Positions 1 through 10,596 of a DNA stretch of 64,000 bases are shown piece by piece (the first letter of the stretch is position 1; every line of letters begins with the position of its first letter). Under the pieces are notes generated by a model, which did no database searches, had not been told where the DNA came from, and saw nothing but the letters and a program-made list of their open reading frames with translations. Origin of the DNA: a virus; IMG/VR virus record IMGVR_UViG_3300027741_000048, positions 15,265-79,264 of that record; one strand, 5' to 3'. Both the position numbers and the translations under genes were made by a program.

Positions 1-2062
1 CTTCGTAATTAACAGCACCGTCAGCTAGTTCATTGTAGTAAAATATAGATGAGGTTGGATTAAAGTTAGGGTCATCGCTCGGTATATCAGGTAGCGGGGC
101 ACCAGTCTGCTTAACGAATGTAAAGCCGTCTTTTATTGAGCAATTATATGTACTATCAGCGATGGTCCCGAGATTATCAAAAACATATCCAGCGTTCGAT
201 ATGAAGTCATACGATTCAAGCACTATAGCATCATTATCGTCTTCAAATGTATTAGGTGCTACACTTGTTCTTAACGTAACGCCGGAGAAATTAATATAAG
301 TGCCGTTTAATTCTGGTAGATTGGTATAAATCGGTCCACTAGCTATACTATAGTTAAAATCATAATCTTGACCACACAGCGTGTCTTTAAATGTATAACC
401 ATCGAGTATAAAGTCGATAGCGCTACTTATTTTTGGCGTTATAGTAAATTGTTTACCGGTACCGGTTTTATAAAGCCCGTATTCGTTGCCATATATGTCA
501 GTCTTGTACTGAAAAAGTGTTTTGTCGTTAAATGTTAATAATGTACCAATACGCTGTTCTATAGGATAACGATTAATCGGGGATAACGTGTATATATCAG
601 GATTTGACCATATGTCGTTTAAATCACCGGTGAAGAAGCTCTGCGAATCCGTATATCGCGAAAGACCGAACTCACTAGTATTTAATGACTGCTCACGAGA
701 TTGATATGCGCGAAATGTCTGTAGATACGGGTCAGATAATACTTCACCAGCGCTATACTGATTAGAAAAATCTATTTTATTAAAATAATTATTTTCAGAA
801 AATATAAACGGCGTGGTAAAGTCAACTTTCGTGTTACCGGATACGTTGCCGTATTTCTGTGGGTCGGGGAAATAATACAACGTACCGGGTTGTAGCTTAT
901 CAATATTTACTTGCGGTGTAAAATCAAAATTAGTAAAATTTACTAAACCAATTTTATCGGGTTTAAAAAATAGCCCTAACTCCTTGCCGGTTTTAAAGAA
1001 CTCTTCACTGGGTACTGCAGCTATAGATGGATATCTTCTATTAAGATAGTGCGCGTACACATTATCCGCTGTAAATAACTGACCAGACGCATATGTGGTT
1101 CCTGTTGATGTGGCAGATGTTGTTATGTAATAGAAATCTGAACCAGCATATTTCTTAGTTATAGAAGCTTGAGTCTGTAAATTAAGATTTGTCCGTTGAC
1201 CGTCGTTAATTGTACTAATAAAGTCGCTATCCTTGAGGAGTGTTAGTTGCGATGAATCAACAAGTGGGTCTATTGTAAAATTATCACCAAGTTCAGCCAA
1301 ATAAAAAGGATACGATAATATTGCACGAACGATACTTTGATTAATATTGGTAAATAAATTTGGGTCAATATCAACCTGGTTTAATTCAAAATAATCTTTA
1401 CGTAGTCCAGTAGTTATATTATACGCGGAGGATGGTAAAAGTGTACTAACATCTCGATAATCAGGGTATGTGTCGTATACATCTTCTACTTCTATGACGA
1501 GATTATTCAATATACTAGAAAGAGAGGTCTTATAGGTTGTAAGTGTAGTAGCAACATCATGTGACTCTGTTGCTTTAGCGAAGCTTGAATACAGCAACGT
1601 TTCGATACCAACGTTTGATCCTTTTAAATTATACTGAACAGCAGCGGTTTTAGCATCTTCACGTAACTCGCTATAGTACAAACAGATATTTTTTATTTTT
1701 TTTGCAAAAAACGGTACTGCTATAGCGAGATCTCGACTATTTGATAGGTCTAAATTTAAAAGATATCGTTGCTCGTCATTACTCGTATAATTAATAATAA
1801 CATTATTAATAAGGTCTAAATAATATTGCTGCACACCGCGCGCTGCGTCTTCACGAGACATTCCCTTAGCTTCATACCAGTTGTTTAAATAGAGCTGGTA
1901 TCGATTTAAGAATTTATCCGTTGATGTAAAAACCTGAGTATTACGTTGCAGCCATTGAATGAAAGTAAGTGGTTTGTCATTATCGATAGGATGCGTAGGG
2001 GGGGTTAGGGATGTAATTGAATCATCTAACCGTCCATCAATGAATGTCAGTGGTTCCGCCAT
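1..2062 (-). CDS. Large virion structural (baseplate/tail-associated) protein, runs off the window end
   Basis: ATG at 2062 (MAEPLTFIDGRLDDS...) preceded by TAAATA; same frame is open at position 1 (...FYYNELADGAVNYE). Absent from the ORF track, consistent with no stop in the window. Follows the baseplate genes. Confidence 0.6.
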   Translation of the reverse strand, partial: MAEPLTFIDGRLDDSITSLTPPTHPIDNDKPLTFIQWLQRNTQVFTSTDKFLNRYQLYLNNWYEAKGMSREDAARGVQQYYLDLINNVIINYTSNDEQRYLLNLDLSNSRDLAIAVPFFAKKIKNICLYYSELREDAKTAAVQYNLKGSNVGIETLLYSSFAKATESHDVATTLTTYKTSLSSILNNLVIEVEDVYDTYPDYRDVSTLLPSSAYNITTGLRKDYFELNQVDIDPNLFTNINQSIVRAILSYPFYLAELGDNFTIDPLVDSSQLTLLKDSDFISTINDGQRTNLNLQTQASITKKYAGSDFYYITTSATSTGTTYASGQLFTADNVYAHYLNRRYPSIAAVPSEEFFKTGKELGLFFKPDKIGLVNFTNFDFTPQVNIDKLQPGTLYYFPDPQKYGNVSGNTKVDFTTPFIFSENNYFNKIDFSNQYSAGEVLSDPYLQTFRAYQSREQSLNTSEFGLSRYTDSQSFFTGDLNDIWSNPDIYTLSPINRYPIEQRIGTLLTFNDKTLFQYKTDIYGNEYGLYKTGTGKQFTITPKISSAIDFILDGYTFKDTLCGQDYDFNYSIASGPIYTNLPELNGTYINFSGVTLRTSVAPNTFEDDNDAIVLESYDFISNAGYVFDNLGTIADSTYNCSIKDGFTFVKQTGAPLPDIPSDDPNFNPTSSIFYYNELADGAVNYE

Positions 2063-2070
2063 AACAATAT

Positions 2071-5000
2071 TTAGCTATTATATGTAATGTTGGTAGCGGA
2101 AGTAAATAACCGGAAGCCTTTTGTTAGTTCATAACTTAACATATTCTGTATAATACCGTCATCTACACTCCAGTCGGTGTAGGAGCTATTCTGTGGTGTA
2201 AGGGTGGTCATGGGATTATACCAATCAATGATATAATCGTAAAAGGTATTATTATTGTTAGAAATATATTCATAAAATTCATAATATTCACTAATAGCTG
2301 ATCCTGTTACTGTATTGGGTATTACCAGAGGCCATCCCCAGCTAGATGTATATGCGGATAACGGGTAGCCTGTAATAGTATCAGTTATTGTTAGTATGGA
2401 TGATGTTATGGTATTTGTATTTACGAGTGAGTAAATACCTGAGAATCGCTCATAAGCAACGACAGGTTTATCAAAAGAAAAAACACCAGATATAGGATCA
2501 ATTCTAGAGCCTAAATTTATACCGTACGTATCGTTTGATGCTATAGTTCCCTGTTTATTAAAATTGCTTGCGTATTTATTTTGCGTTCCCCATAGATTAC
2601 TCTGCTTAATAGATAAAAGATCAACAAGGCGCTTGATTTGTGGGGGGTAAAGATAATTATAATCTTGATAGTTAATACTCAGTTCATTACAGAAAGAAAT
2701 GAGTGCATCGATGTTGCTCTTATCAATGTCAGATCTATTATTAACGAAGTTGCTTATTTTTTCGTAAACAGTTTTTCCTAATTCGTATGGTTGAGCTGAA
2801 AAACCACCGACAATTGTACCGAGGAACTCATTAAAAAATACTTGTTTATCTAAAAGTGTTTCTTGATATCGTAATGAATTATAAAAACTAGCTGCGTTCC
2901 AATCTTCATTTATTTTAGATACGTTATACTGACCTGTTGATGGAAAAATGTTGAATAATGTTGATGAGCCTGTAATTGTTCTTATTGTGCTAACAGGTGC
3001 AGAGTATTTATTAATCCAATGATACCCGTTCCAATCACCTAGTGCTTGAAATTGCTTTTGACCGCTACTGTAATTAACTGCTGATACGGCAGGTAATATA
3101 ACATCTGGATATGTTAATTTAATACTATAACTGTAACTTAAATTCGTGGTCGGTGTTTTAGCACTAGCGTCAATTAAATAAAGCGCTTTATCTGCGTTGT
3201 TTATTACCCAAATATTATTACCAGTATCGCATGTTATTCCACCGATGTTAGAGTTATAATTATTTTGTATGTTATTACCGGCACCGGCGGTAAAATCTGT
3301 ACGCGTGCGTGTCACACCATCGACGCGTGTTATTGTTTCGCGGTTGTGTGAGATCCATGCGTTTTGATTACCATCAATGGTAATATTATTGATTAATTTA
3401 AAGCCTGAAAGCGGATAACCTGTAACAATATTTCCGTATGTATCAAACTTATAAAGCAAATCGTTAGCTGTGGTAAATGAGTCGCGTACCACATTGAGGT
3501 TCTGAGCTGTCACCCAAACAAACGTATTTCTATCTATACAAATTTCATCAGGTACAATAAAATCGGGAAATTTATATTTGTATAATATATCAGCGTTAAA
3601 GTCAAAATTATCTACACCTCTATATTTGATTAAAAAGTTATTAACAGGATGACTGTACGATATCCAGATATTGTTATCATGATCAGCGTCTATAGAGCTG
3701 GGTAAAATAGTACCGTCGCCGGCAAAACCGCTATAGCTTGAATAATCACTCGACGTGAGCATGGTTTCAGTAAAGTCAGGGCAAGCAACGTTAACTGCGT
3801 ATCCATTTGTTGTGTCAAATTTTAATGCCGAGCCGCTATCGATAAGTGTTACCCATATATTATTCTGCCCGTCGAGTGTAATATAGTTCGGCGTAGCAAA
3901 GAAGCGATTACCCTGATCGTCGAGACCTCTATAATCAATATACCGTATCTGGTGGTTTATTAGTGTTGGTACGCTCGAGAGTGAAAAATAGTAAACCGGC
4001 TCGTTTGTGTCTTGACTATAGTAAAGAGGTTGTAATATACCGTTGTAGTCAATACGAGAAATGCGGTCGTTTATTGGATCACCAATCCAAGTCTGATAAT
4101 CGTCATCGTAACCGGGTCCCTGTGGTGCCATAGCGATAGCATATGTATTACTGTCATTAATATCGATTAACGGTTCGTTATTTGTAAATGTTACAGTTTT
4201 ATTACCGTCTAAGCCGTTGTATGTTTCTTGGCGAAGTATTCTAAAAAGAGAACTATACTGCGGTATTGCTATCCAACCAACAAGTGAATCTTTTTGATAA
4301 AAAGTCGGTTCTACAATAGTTATACCGGCAGTGAGTATGCAGTTTTGTGAAGATTGTGACGCTACAAAATATCCTTTATAAAAGCTACCAATTGATTGTG
4401 GTGCTTCAGGTGTAAAATCTTCGTAAAATGTAACACCCTGTACGGTACTTGTATCACCGCTTTCATTAATTTGTACAACACCGAGTTGAACATTGTAGGA
4501 TGTAAGTGGTGAGGTAGAATTATTTACAACACTTGAGGACGAAAGCGGTGGGTAATTCTTGGTTGTATATCCGCGTTCATCTTTTAACTTTATTAAAAAC
4601 GGTATTTGTGTTTCTTGCCAACTAACGTACGGTATATTAAAATTTGTAGCTGATAATATACCTTCACCGTCGATCCCAGTTGTTGTGATACTTAAACGGT
4701 TAGCAGGGTTAAAGCGTGTCTTAATTCCAGGAAATACTATAGGATCGGTGTTTTGTATACCATACGGTGGGTAATTAACGGTGTCGAATATATTTCGGCT
4801 CTCCGTTAATGCGTCATTAAATTTAGAACTATCAACAGTTGCAAAAATAAAAACTGGGTGATCTTCTGTGGTTAGATTTCCGGGTACATCATCAGTATAG
4901 AGAAACTGGCATGTACCTGTTGTACCTACAAATACACTACCTTGATCGCTTTGATTACAGTATTGTAGCGTATTATCTACAATGCTAACAAAAAGCTGTG

Positions 5001-5625
5001 TTTGCTGCGCTGTTAGACTATTAATAAGTGTATAGCTTGTAGTTCCGTCGTCACTTGTTTCTTGCTTATAAAATCTACTGAGCGGACGAAGATGCAGCCA
5101 CTTATCATATGATGTTTGTTTGAGGTAATTGTAATCGCCTCGGGCTCCGGATGCATATAGATTGATCGTAAACCCGGTTGCGCTTAGCGCGTTATAATTT
5201 TGCCAACTGTAATTTGCGTTAATTGTAAGTGGGCCTATCAACCTACCAACTGGTACATCGTAAATAAAACTTTTGTAATCTTGAAACGTAATTTGAGTAG
5301 AGATGTAATCGTATACGCTAATAGAGCATGAATATATATTATCGTAAGCGTTACCATAGCGATCAAAAACAGTAAGCGATACGTCGTATTTACCGGGCCA
5401 CTTAAATCTATGTGTAGGTGATATATCAGTAGAAAATTCACCATCTCCAAAATCCCATCGTAATGATTTATTTGAAATAATGTTATCGCCTGATAACAAG
5501 CTTGACGTGGTAAAGTCGGGTGTAAAGGTTAGTGGTGTATTTTCAAGTGTATACGTTGAAACAGCGCTTGTATTAGTGTAGTCAAGCGCGTCAAATTTAA
5601 CATACGTATAGTTATTGTTAGGCAT
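2071..5625 (-). CDS. Baseplate wedge-associated protein with PKD domain and beta-propeller-like repeats (gp7-like position)
   Basis: PKD motif WDFGDG...PTHRF..PG.Y.VSLTV; repeated D..NN(I/A)W(V/I) blades; directly downstream of the gp6-like gene. Confidence 0.6.
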   Translation of the reverse strand: MPNNNYTYVKFDALDYTNTSAVSTYTLENTPLTFTPDFTTSSLLSGDNIISNKSLRWDFGDGEFSTDISPTHRFKWPGKYDVSLTVFDRYGNAYDNIYSCSISVYDYISTQITFQDYKSFIYDVPVGRLIGPLTINANYSWQNYNALSATGFTINLYASGARGDYNYLKQTSYDKWLHLRPLSRFYKQETSDDGTTSYTLINSLTAQQTQLFVSIVDNTLQYCNQSDQGSVFVGTTGTCQFLYTDDVPGNLTTEDHPVFIFATVDSSKFNDALTESRNIFDTVNYPPYGIQNTDPIVFPGIKTRFNPANRLSITTTGIDGEGILSATNFNIPYVSWQETQIPFLIKLKDERGYTTKNYPPLSSSSVVNNSTSPLTSYNVQLGVVQINESGDTSTVQGVTFYEDFTPEAPQSIGSFYKGYFVASQSSQNCILTAGITIVEPTFYQKDSLVGWIAIPQYSSLFRILRQETYNGLDGNKTVTFTNNEPLIDINDSNTYAIAMAPQGPGYDDDYQTWIGDPINDRISRIDYNGILQPLYYSQDTNEPVYYFSLSSVPTLINHQIRYIDYRGLDDQGNRFFATPNYITLDGQNNIWVTLIDSGSALKFDTTNGYAVNVACPDFTETMLTSSDYSSYSGFAGDGTILPSSIDADHDNNIWISYSHPVNNFLIKYRGVDNFDFNADILYKYKFPDFIVPDEICIDRNTFVWVTAQNLNVVRDSFTTANDLLYKFDTYGNIVTGYPLSGFKLINNITIDGNQNAWISHNRETITRVDGVTRTRTDFTAGAGNNIQNNYNSNIGGITCDTGNNIWVINNADKALYLIDASAKTPTTNLSYSYSIKLTYPDVILPAVSAVNYSSGQKQFQALGDWNGYHWINKYSAPVSTIRTITGSSTLFNIFPSTGQYNVSKINEDWNAASFYNSLRYQETLLDKQVFFNEFLGTIVGGFSAQPYELGKTVYEKISNFVNNRSDIDKSNIDALISFCNELSINYQDYNYLYPPQIKRLVDLLSIKQSNLWGTQNKYASNFNKQGTIASNDTYGINLGSRIDPISGVFSFDKPVVAYERFSGIYSLVNTNTITSSILTITDTITGYPLSAYTSSWGWPLVIPNTVTGSAISEYYEFYEYISNNNNTFYDYIIDWYNPMTTLTPQNSSYTDWSVDDGIIQNMLSYELTKGFRLFTSATNITYNS

Positions 5626-5630
5626 TTACG

Positions 5631-7487
5631 TTAAACGGTTTGCAGCTGTTGAAGTGATGGTGTAATAACTGTAATTTTATTTGTAAAATTTAGCGCGTCC
5701 TTAAGATACGGAAATTTAAAATAAGGGAGATTGAAGTTTTGAGCGTGTATAGCTATATCTGTATACGCATAAACAGGATTATAAATTAAAAGACTTACAC
5801 CTGGTACGGTTATTGTCTGACCGTTAATTACACGCTGCGTAGCTACACTCCGTACACCGTTAATAGCGAGTATCTGATTTGTTAGATCAGTTATTTGTAT
5901 GGCGAGACCAAGATTATCGTTTGTTGTAGCAAAATAATTCGTAAATACCTTTGATACTAATTGCTTGATTGTAATCGGATCTGATTGTGATGTTGGGTCA
6001 CGTGTGATAATTAGTGATGTGGTGTCGCCGATATTCGGTGTGAGCGGTTCAATACCATCAGTGATACCGAGATTAACTTCTACGTACACAGGATCGTTAA
6101 TAATTATCTCTGTTGTTGTTAATTTGACGTTAGTGAGACTGTTTATAATAAGTTGTTTTTGCGCAGCGTTGAGATAATTGACTCTTGTTGTAGCAGACGA
6201 TGTTTTGACGAGCTTTGGTACTGTGTAGATGTAAACATTGTTAAAATTCGACGAATCTGCAAATTTTGCATGACTTAATAACACTCTTGAGTCAAGATTT
6301 GGTTTTGTTACACCGATATCAAAGAAGTATTTTAAATGACCGGTTAAATAATCCCAGTTGTTGACAACCTGTGTAGAGACAATTATATTGCTGAAGTTTG
6401 TAGAAATATAGTGATTAAAATCTTCTGCTGTAATTAATCTATACTGGCTCTTAAAAGCGTTTTTTGCATTATTCTGAATATTCGACACACTCTCAATGTC
6501 AGCGTAGCTTGTAGATGTGTCTGTGTTTGCAAAGCTTATGCTTGTAGCTTCAGCAGGTGTTAAAAATTGAAGATTTGGTGATGTTGTGTTAGCAAGTATT
6601 GCGTTATAGCGTGCGGTGTTATAAAAGTAGAGCTGTTTGCTGTTGAGGAGACCTGGACCAACTTCACCCTGTTTACCGCTTGATTGTAGGTAATAGACTG
6701 CAACCTGCGATCCTGGTTGTAATTGCTGACCGTTGATGCTGTTACCAAATTTTATTTCATATCGCCCGCTTTCATTTAATCGAATTTCGTATTTTAATGC
6801 GTTGGATTTCTCTAAGAATAATGACGGCGTTGGTGTCCATTTTTGCCAAATAGCCCCGACATCAGGTGTTTTAACGTAAACGCTTGTATTAAAATGATCA
6901 ATAATTACATTAGCTCCGTTACTACCGACTACCGTTAGAGTAATAGTTTCAAATGGCGCGCCTGTCGCTGTATATGTTGGATATTCAACAAATGTACCTT
7001 GATATAATACGTTATTTTCTTGTAGATCAGTTAGTGTACCTGCCGTTGCTGTAGAATTAGTAAACGTTATATCGTTATTAAACGAATACACTGTACCGTT
7101 AATATTAAAGTATGAAAACCGAGGAATCGTATAAATTCCTACAGGTAACCCACCGTTCGACGAGGCGTTGAATGGTAATACTGCTGTTTGCGCACCAATT
7201 GGATTATATCCAATAAGCTTTACGATCTTATTAATATTTTCGTATAGTTCAGCAGTTGAAAATGTACTCTCTGCACCTGTTCTGTTAAGATAAAACAAGA
7301 GCACATGATAGGCGTAGGCTATAATATCGATAACCGAGGATAGATTACTACCCTCGTATTTTTGATCTGTATAGGTGTTAGTGGAGTTTAAACGCTTTAT
7401 GATTAAGCTTTTTAGGCTTAATGCGTCAAAAGCTGCATATCCATCTATCGGTAGATTAAAGTCGTCGTGTTGATTATTAGTTGCCAT
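5631..7487 (-). CDS. gp6: Baseplate wedge subunit (T4 gp6-like)
   Basis: FDALSLK...TDQKYEGSNLS.VIDIIAY, YEIKFGN.INGQ, Q.RLITAEDF motifs; follows gp25. Confidence 0.85.
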   Translation of the reverse strand: MATNNQHDDFNLPIDGYAAFDALSLKSLIIKRLNSTNTYTDQKYEGSNLSSVIDIIAYAYHVLLFYLNRTGAESTFSTAELYENINKIVKLIGYNPIGAQTAVLPFNASSNGGLPVGIYTIPRFSYFNINGTVYSFNNDITFTNSTATAGTLTDLQENNVLYQGTFVEYPTYTATGAPFETITLTVVGSNGANVIIDHFNTSVYVKTPDVGAIWQKWTPTPSLFLEKSNALKYEIRLNESGRYEIKFGNSINGQQLQPGSQVAVYYLQSSGKQGEVGPGLLNSKQLYFYNTARYNAILANTTSPNLQFLTPAEATSISFANTDTSTSYADIESVSNIQNNAKNAFKSQYRLITAEDFNHYISTNFSNIIVSTQVVNNWDYLTGHLKYFFDIGVTKPNLDSRVLLSHAKFADSSNFNNVYIYTVPKLVKTSSATTRVNYLNAAQKQLIINSLTNVKLTTTEIIINDPVYVEVNLGITDGIEPLTPNIGDTTSLIITRDPTSQSDPITIKQLVSKVFTNYFATTNDNLGLAIQITDLTNQILAINGVRSVATQRVINGQTITVPGVSLLIYNPVYAYTDIAIHAQNFNLPYFKFPYLKDALNFTNKITVITPSLQQLQTV

Positions 7488-7495
7488 ATATTATA

Positions 7496-8005
7496 TTATT
7501 GTGTAGAGAAAGCAAACCCCGAGGTACTTAATATCCCATTTAACTGAAAGCTAGAGCTTCCTAATGTAGGGACGGTTATAACTATGTTTACTACATATTG
7601 ATGATTATCAGGGTCTGCTAATACTTGCACTTTCTTAAGTGTAACGCGTGGTTCGAATGTAGTTGTACCCGAAGCAATTTGATTGCCTATGAGTTGCGCG
7701 GTGTTTTCACTACATTCTTCAAATATATATTGTAAAAGATTAAGACCAAAATAAGGATTAAGAATTTTTTGACCCGGTACAGTATTAAATAAATTTAATA
7801 ATGAGTTTCTAATAGCTCCTAAATTATAATCGGCTTTTATGTCGATAATTTCCTCTTCTCGTTGAAGTTCATTATTCTGTGTATAAGCACCGAACGGCGC
7901 TTTACCGAAAACTGGTGTAAAATCTAAATGCATATCACAGTATACAAAGCCATTTGGTAGTGAAGCGGGTTTTTGTGATATAGATTGTAACTTAATAGTA
8001 GCCAC
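7496..8005 (-). CDS. gp25: Baseplate wedge subunit (T4 gp25-like)
   Basis: AIRNSLLNLFNTVPGQKILNPYFG...FEPRV motif; GTG start. Confidence 0.85.
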   Translation of the reverse strand: MATIKLQSISQKPASLPNGFVYCDMHLDFTPVFGKAPFGAYTQNNELQREEEIIDIKADYNLGAIRNSLLNLFNTVPGQKILNPYFGLNLLQYIFEECSENTAQLIGNQIASGTTTFEPRVTLKKVQVLADPDNHQYVVNIVITVPTLGSSSFQLNGILSTSGFAFSTQ

Positions 8006-8010
8006 GTATA

Positions 8011-8018
8011 TATTTATA
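8011..8018 (-). promoter_or_regulatory. T4-type late promoter TATAAATA for the gp25-gp6 operon
   Basis: Exact TATAAATA 5 nt upstream of the GTG at 8005; gp55 sigma factor is encoded in the window. Confidence 0.7.
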
Positions 8019-8072
8019 CCGTTTTCTTCGTTTCAATATAATGGTTTATTGACACTAGAACAATAAATAATA

Positions 8073-8678
8073 ATGATGAAGAAAAGACGTTTTATTGAGT
8101 TATATGAGAGCTGGTTATTAAGAAACAACCATAGTGGCTTTCTCGTTGGTGATATTGTTAAATTTAAACCAGATGCTCTTAAGCATGAATACGTAAAAAC
8201 TCAATCAGATGAAATTAAAAAAGCGATAGAGCATCTCTTCAATTGTAAGGGTACCGTCCGCATTACCAATGTCATTAACAAATACCCTGCCGTATTCGGT
8301 GCAGGTAATAGTGATAATTTTGGGCCTAATTTTTCTGTTGAAGTCTCAGAAGACGAAGGCGGTGGTCGCCTAGGTACTAGTGCTGTTGTTCACGCTAACA
8401 TGATTGAGCGTATCGATACTACACCTAATCTCGAGCCGGTACCAGATAAAGCAAAATATCAACCAAGAATCAATATCAAGCCAGTACCTGTAAAGGATGA
8501 AGCAGAAGAGGTACCTTTCTATTCACCAGCTCGTACACGTACTTCTGATATCGGTGGAGGTAAGCTTTCTAGCGGCGATCGAACCCTTAAAAATGTTAAC
8601 GTAAAAATCCCTGCAACACCTAGCACCGGTGCTGCTGACCCTGCTCAGTATACAGCAAATTATCTACCTAAAGCTTAA
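8073..8678 (+). CDS. Hypothetical late protein
   Basis: 201-aa ORF, TAAATA at 8064-8069, N-terminus RRFIELYES. Confidence 0.6.
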   Translation: MMKKRRFIELYESWLLRNNHSGFLVGDIVKFKPDALKHEYVKTQSDEIKKAIEHLFNCKGTVRITNVINKYPAVFGAGNSDNFGPNFSVEVSEDEGGGRLGTSAVVHANMIERIDTTPNLEPVPDKAKYQPRINIKPVPVKDEAEEVPFYSPARTRTSDIGGGKLSSGDRTLKNVNVKIPATPSTGAADPAQYTANYLPKA

Positions 8679-9600
8679 TATCAGAAAGCTGAATTAAGCA
8701 AGCGTAGCAGTTTAATTCCTGATCTACGCAAAAGGCTGATCTATACAAGTATTCAGAAATTGCTAATAGGTAGAGTCGCTTTAAATCTGAGTTCTTCTCC
8801 GCTTCATCAATATAGTTAAAAAGATTACGCAATAGTAGTACGTAATCAGAATTAAAAGTATGCTCACTTTCAATTAGCGCTTTGCGAAGGGTGTCAGTAT
8901 TTTTTCTCTTCACCTCTCTAAAAATTAGCTCTAGTACTTTATTGTTTTTTGTATCTTGTAGGACGAGAGTACCGGAAGCAGAAAACTTCTGTAATTCATT
9001 AATACACTTGCGAAGATCAGGATATGTACCTTTTACGAACTCGACAAACTTTACCTTTTGATCTTCACCGATTGAGATACCTTCTTTCTTTAAGATAACC
9101 GCACACCTCTTTACAGCAGCATCGAGAGGCGGTGTTAGGTCAAAGCTCTGACAACGGCTTCTTAGAGCTGGTATGATTCTATAGCTATAATTCGCTGTAA
9201 GAATAAACCGTGTGATACCGGCAAACTCCTCCATCGTATTTCTTAAAGCGCGTTGCGCGTCAATAGAGAGTCCATCGGTTTCGTCTAAGATAATAACCTT
9301 TATCTTACCGTCAATGCTCATCGTCTGAGCAAACCCTGTCACTTTCGTTCTAATAGTATCGATACCGTTTTCATCTGATGCGTTGATATAAAGATATTGA
9401 CAGCCGAGAATATCATTGACAATAATTTTAGCGCTTGATGTTTTACCTATGCCTGGTCCTCCAGTAAAGAGAAGATTAGGTATTTCTTGCTTATTCTTAT
9501 ATGACAGTAATGTATCACGTACATCGCTTGTGCAGATAAAGTCCTCTAATGTATGAGGCCTGTACTTTTCGCACCAAATATTATCAAAACTATAACTCAT
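8668..9600 (-). CDS. gp44: Clamp loader large subunit (T4 gp44-like AAA+)
   Basis: WCEKYRP, GGPGIGKT, INASDENGID, LDETD, SRC motifs; likely start MSYSFD at 9600, right after the dUTPase stop. Confidence 0.92.
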   Translation of the reverse strand: MSYSFDNIWCEKYRPHTLEDFICTSDVRDTLLSYKNKQEIPNLLFTGGPGIGKTSSAKIIVNDILGCQYLYINASDENGIDTIRTKVTGFAQTMSIDGKIKVIILDETDGLSIDAQRALRNTMEEFAGITRFILTANYSYRIIPALRSRCQSFDLTPPLDAAVKRCAVILKKEGISIGEDQKVKFVEFVKGTYPDLRKCINELQKFSASGTLVLQDTKNNKVLELIFREVKRKNTDTLRKALIESEHTFNSDYVLLLRNLFNYIDEAEKNSDLKRLYLLAISEYLYRSAFCVDQELNCYACLIQLSDIKL

Positions 9601-9601
9601 T

Positions 9602-10054
9602 TTATCGTCCGGAAGAACCAAATCCCTTTTCGCCTCTATCGGTCGTTTCAACCTGACCCCAAGCAACAGGCATATGAGTATTCATATAGATGACAAATTG
9701 TGCAATACGATCACCCGCCTTAATCTCATAGTCCACATCTGTATTATTGTATAATTTAATACCTGCATCGCCTCGATAAGCATTATCAATAATACCTGGG
9801 TGCGGTGTTATACCGTATTTAAACCCTAGACCAGATCGTGCTTCAACCTTAACCCAATAACCTTCTGGTATACTAGCAAACTTCAACCCTACGTTTACAA
9901 TAGCGCTACCACGTGCCGGTATTGTTTTATCTTCTATACTATAAACATCATAACCGGTATCAGATTCGTGATTCTTAGTAGGAAGCTTGGCAAGATCGTG
10001 CGTCTTCTCAAACTTTAAAATAGGCAAGTATTGGATATTAGGATCGATTGACAT
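9602..10054 (-). CDS. dut: Trimeric dUTPase
   Basis: GYDV, RSGLG, GIIDNAYRG, GDRIAQ, RGEKGFGSSG motifs. Confidence 0.95.
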   Translation of the reverse strand: MSIDPNIQYLPILKFEKTHDLAKLPTKNHESDTGYDVYSIEDKTIPARGSAIVNVGLKFASIPEGYWVKVEARSGLGFKYGITPHPGIIDNAYRGDAGIKLYNNTDVDYEIKAGDRIAQFVIYMNTHMPVAWGQVETTDRGEKGFGSSGR

Positions 10055-10114
10055 ATACTTTGTATAATAATATACCTTTAACTAAAATCAACCCCTAATA
10101 AATATATCGACAGT

Positions 10115-10582
10115 ATGGACGATAAAACAAATAATGAAGTAGGTACTCTTCTTGATCAACTTCAAGCAGTTAGCTTAAATGCAGAGCGTGTACGTGAGGA
10201 GAGAGATCCTCTAAAAAAAGAAGACTTAGAAAATTTTGTTATAGAAAAAGGCGGTACCTTGGTCGAGGATGCCTTGGAGATGATTGCAACAGTTAAGGAT
10301 TTTATTATCTCTGCTCCGAATGCTGAAGATGTAGGTGCGCTCGCTGATTTGATTAGATCGGCTTCTTCTGCTATTGATGCACTTAATCGTATAACAGTAA
10401 CTGATAAAAAGTCTGAGACATCCATTAAACTAAAAGAAATGGACATTGCGTCGAGAAAGGAATTACAACGGTCGGATAACGAGCAGAAACTTCTAGCTAC
10501 AAGAGAAGAAATATTTAAAATGCTTGTTGATAAAGCTAAGCCAATAGAAGCTGAAATAATCTCAGATAAGAAAATAAATTAA
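10115..10582 (+). CDS. Probable terminase small subunit (T4 gp16-like)
   Basis: Helical 155 aa; P.AEDVGALADLIRSASSAIDAL and C-terminal LLATREEIFKML resemble the gp16 pattern; TAAATA at 10099-10104. Confidence 0.5.
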   Translation: MDDKTNNEVGTLLDQLQAVSLNAERVREERDPLKKEDLENFVIEKGGTLVEDALEMIATVKDFIISAPNAEDVGALADLIRSASSAIDALNRITVTDKKSETSIKLKEMDIASRKELQRSDNEQKLLATREEIFKMLVDKAKPIEAEIISDKKIN

Positions 10583-10596
10583 TCTTTAATAAGGTA

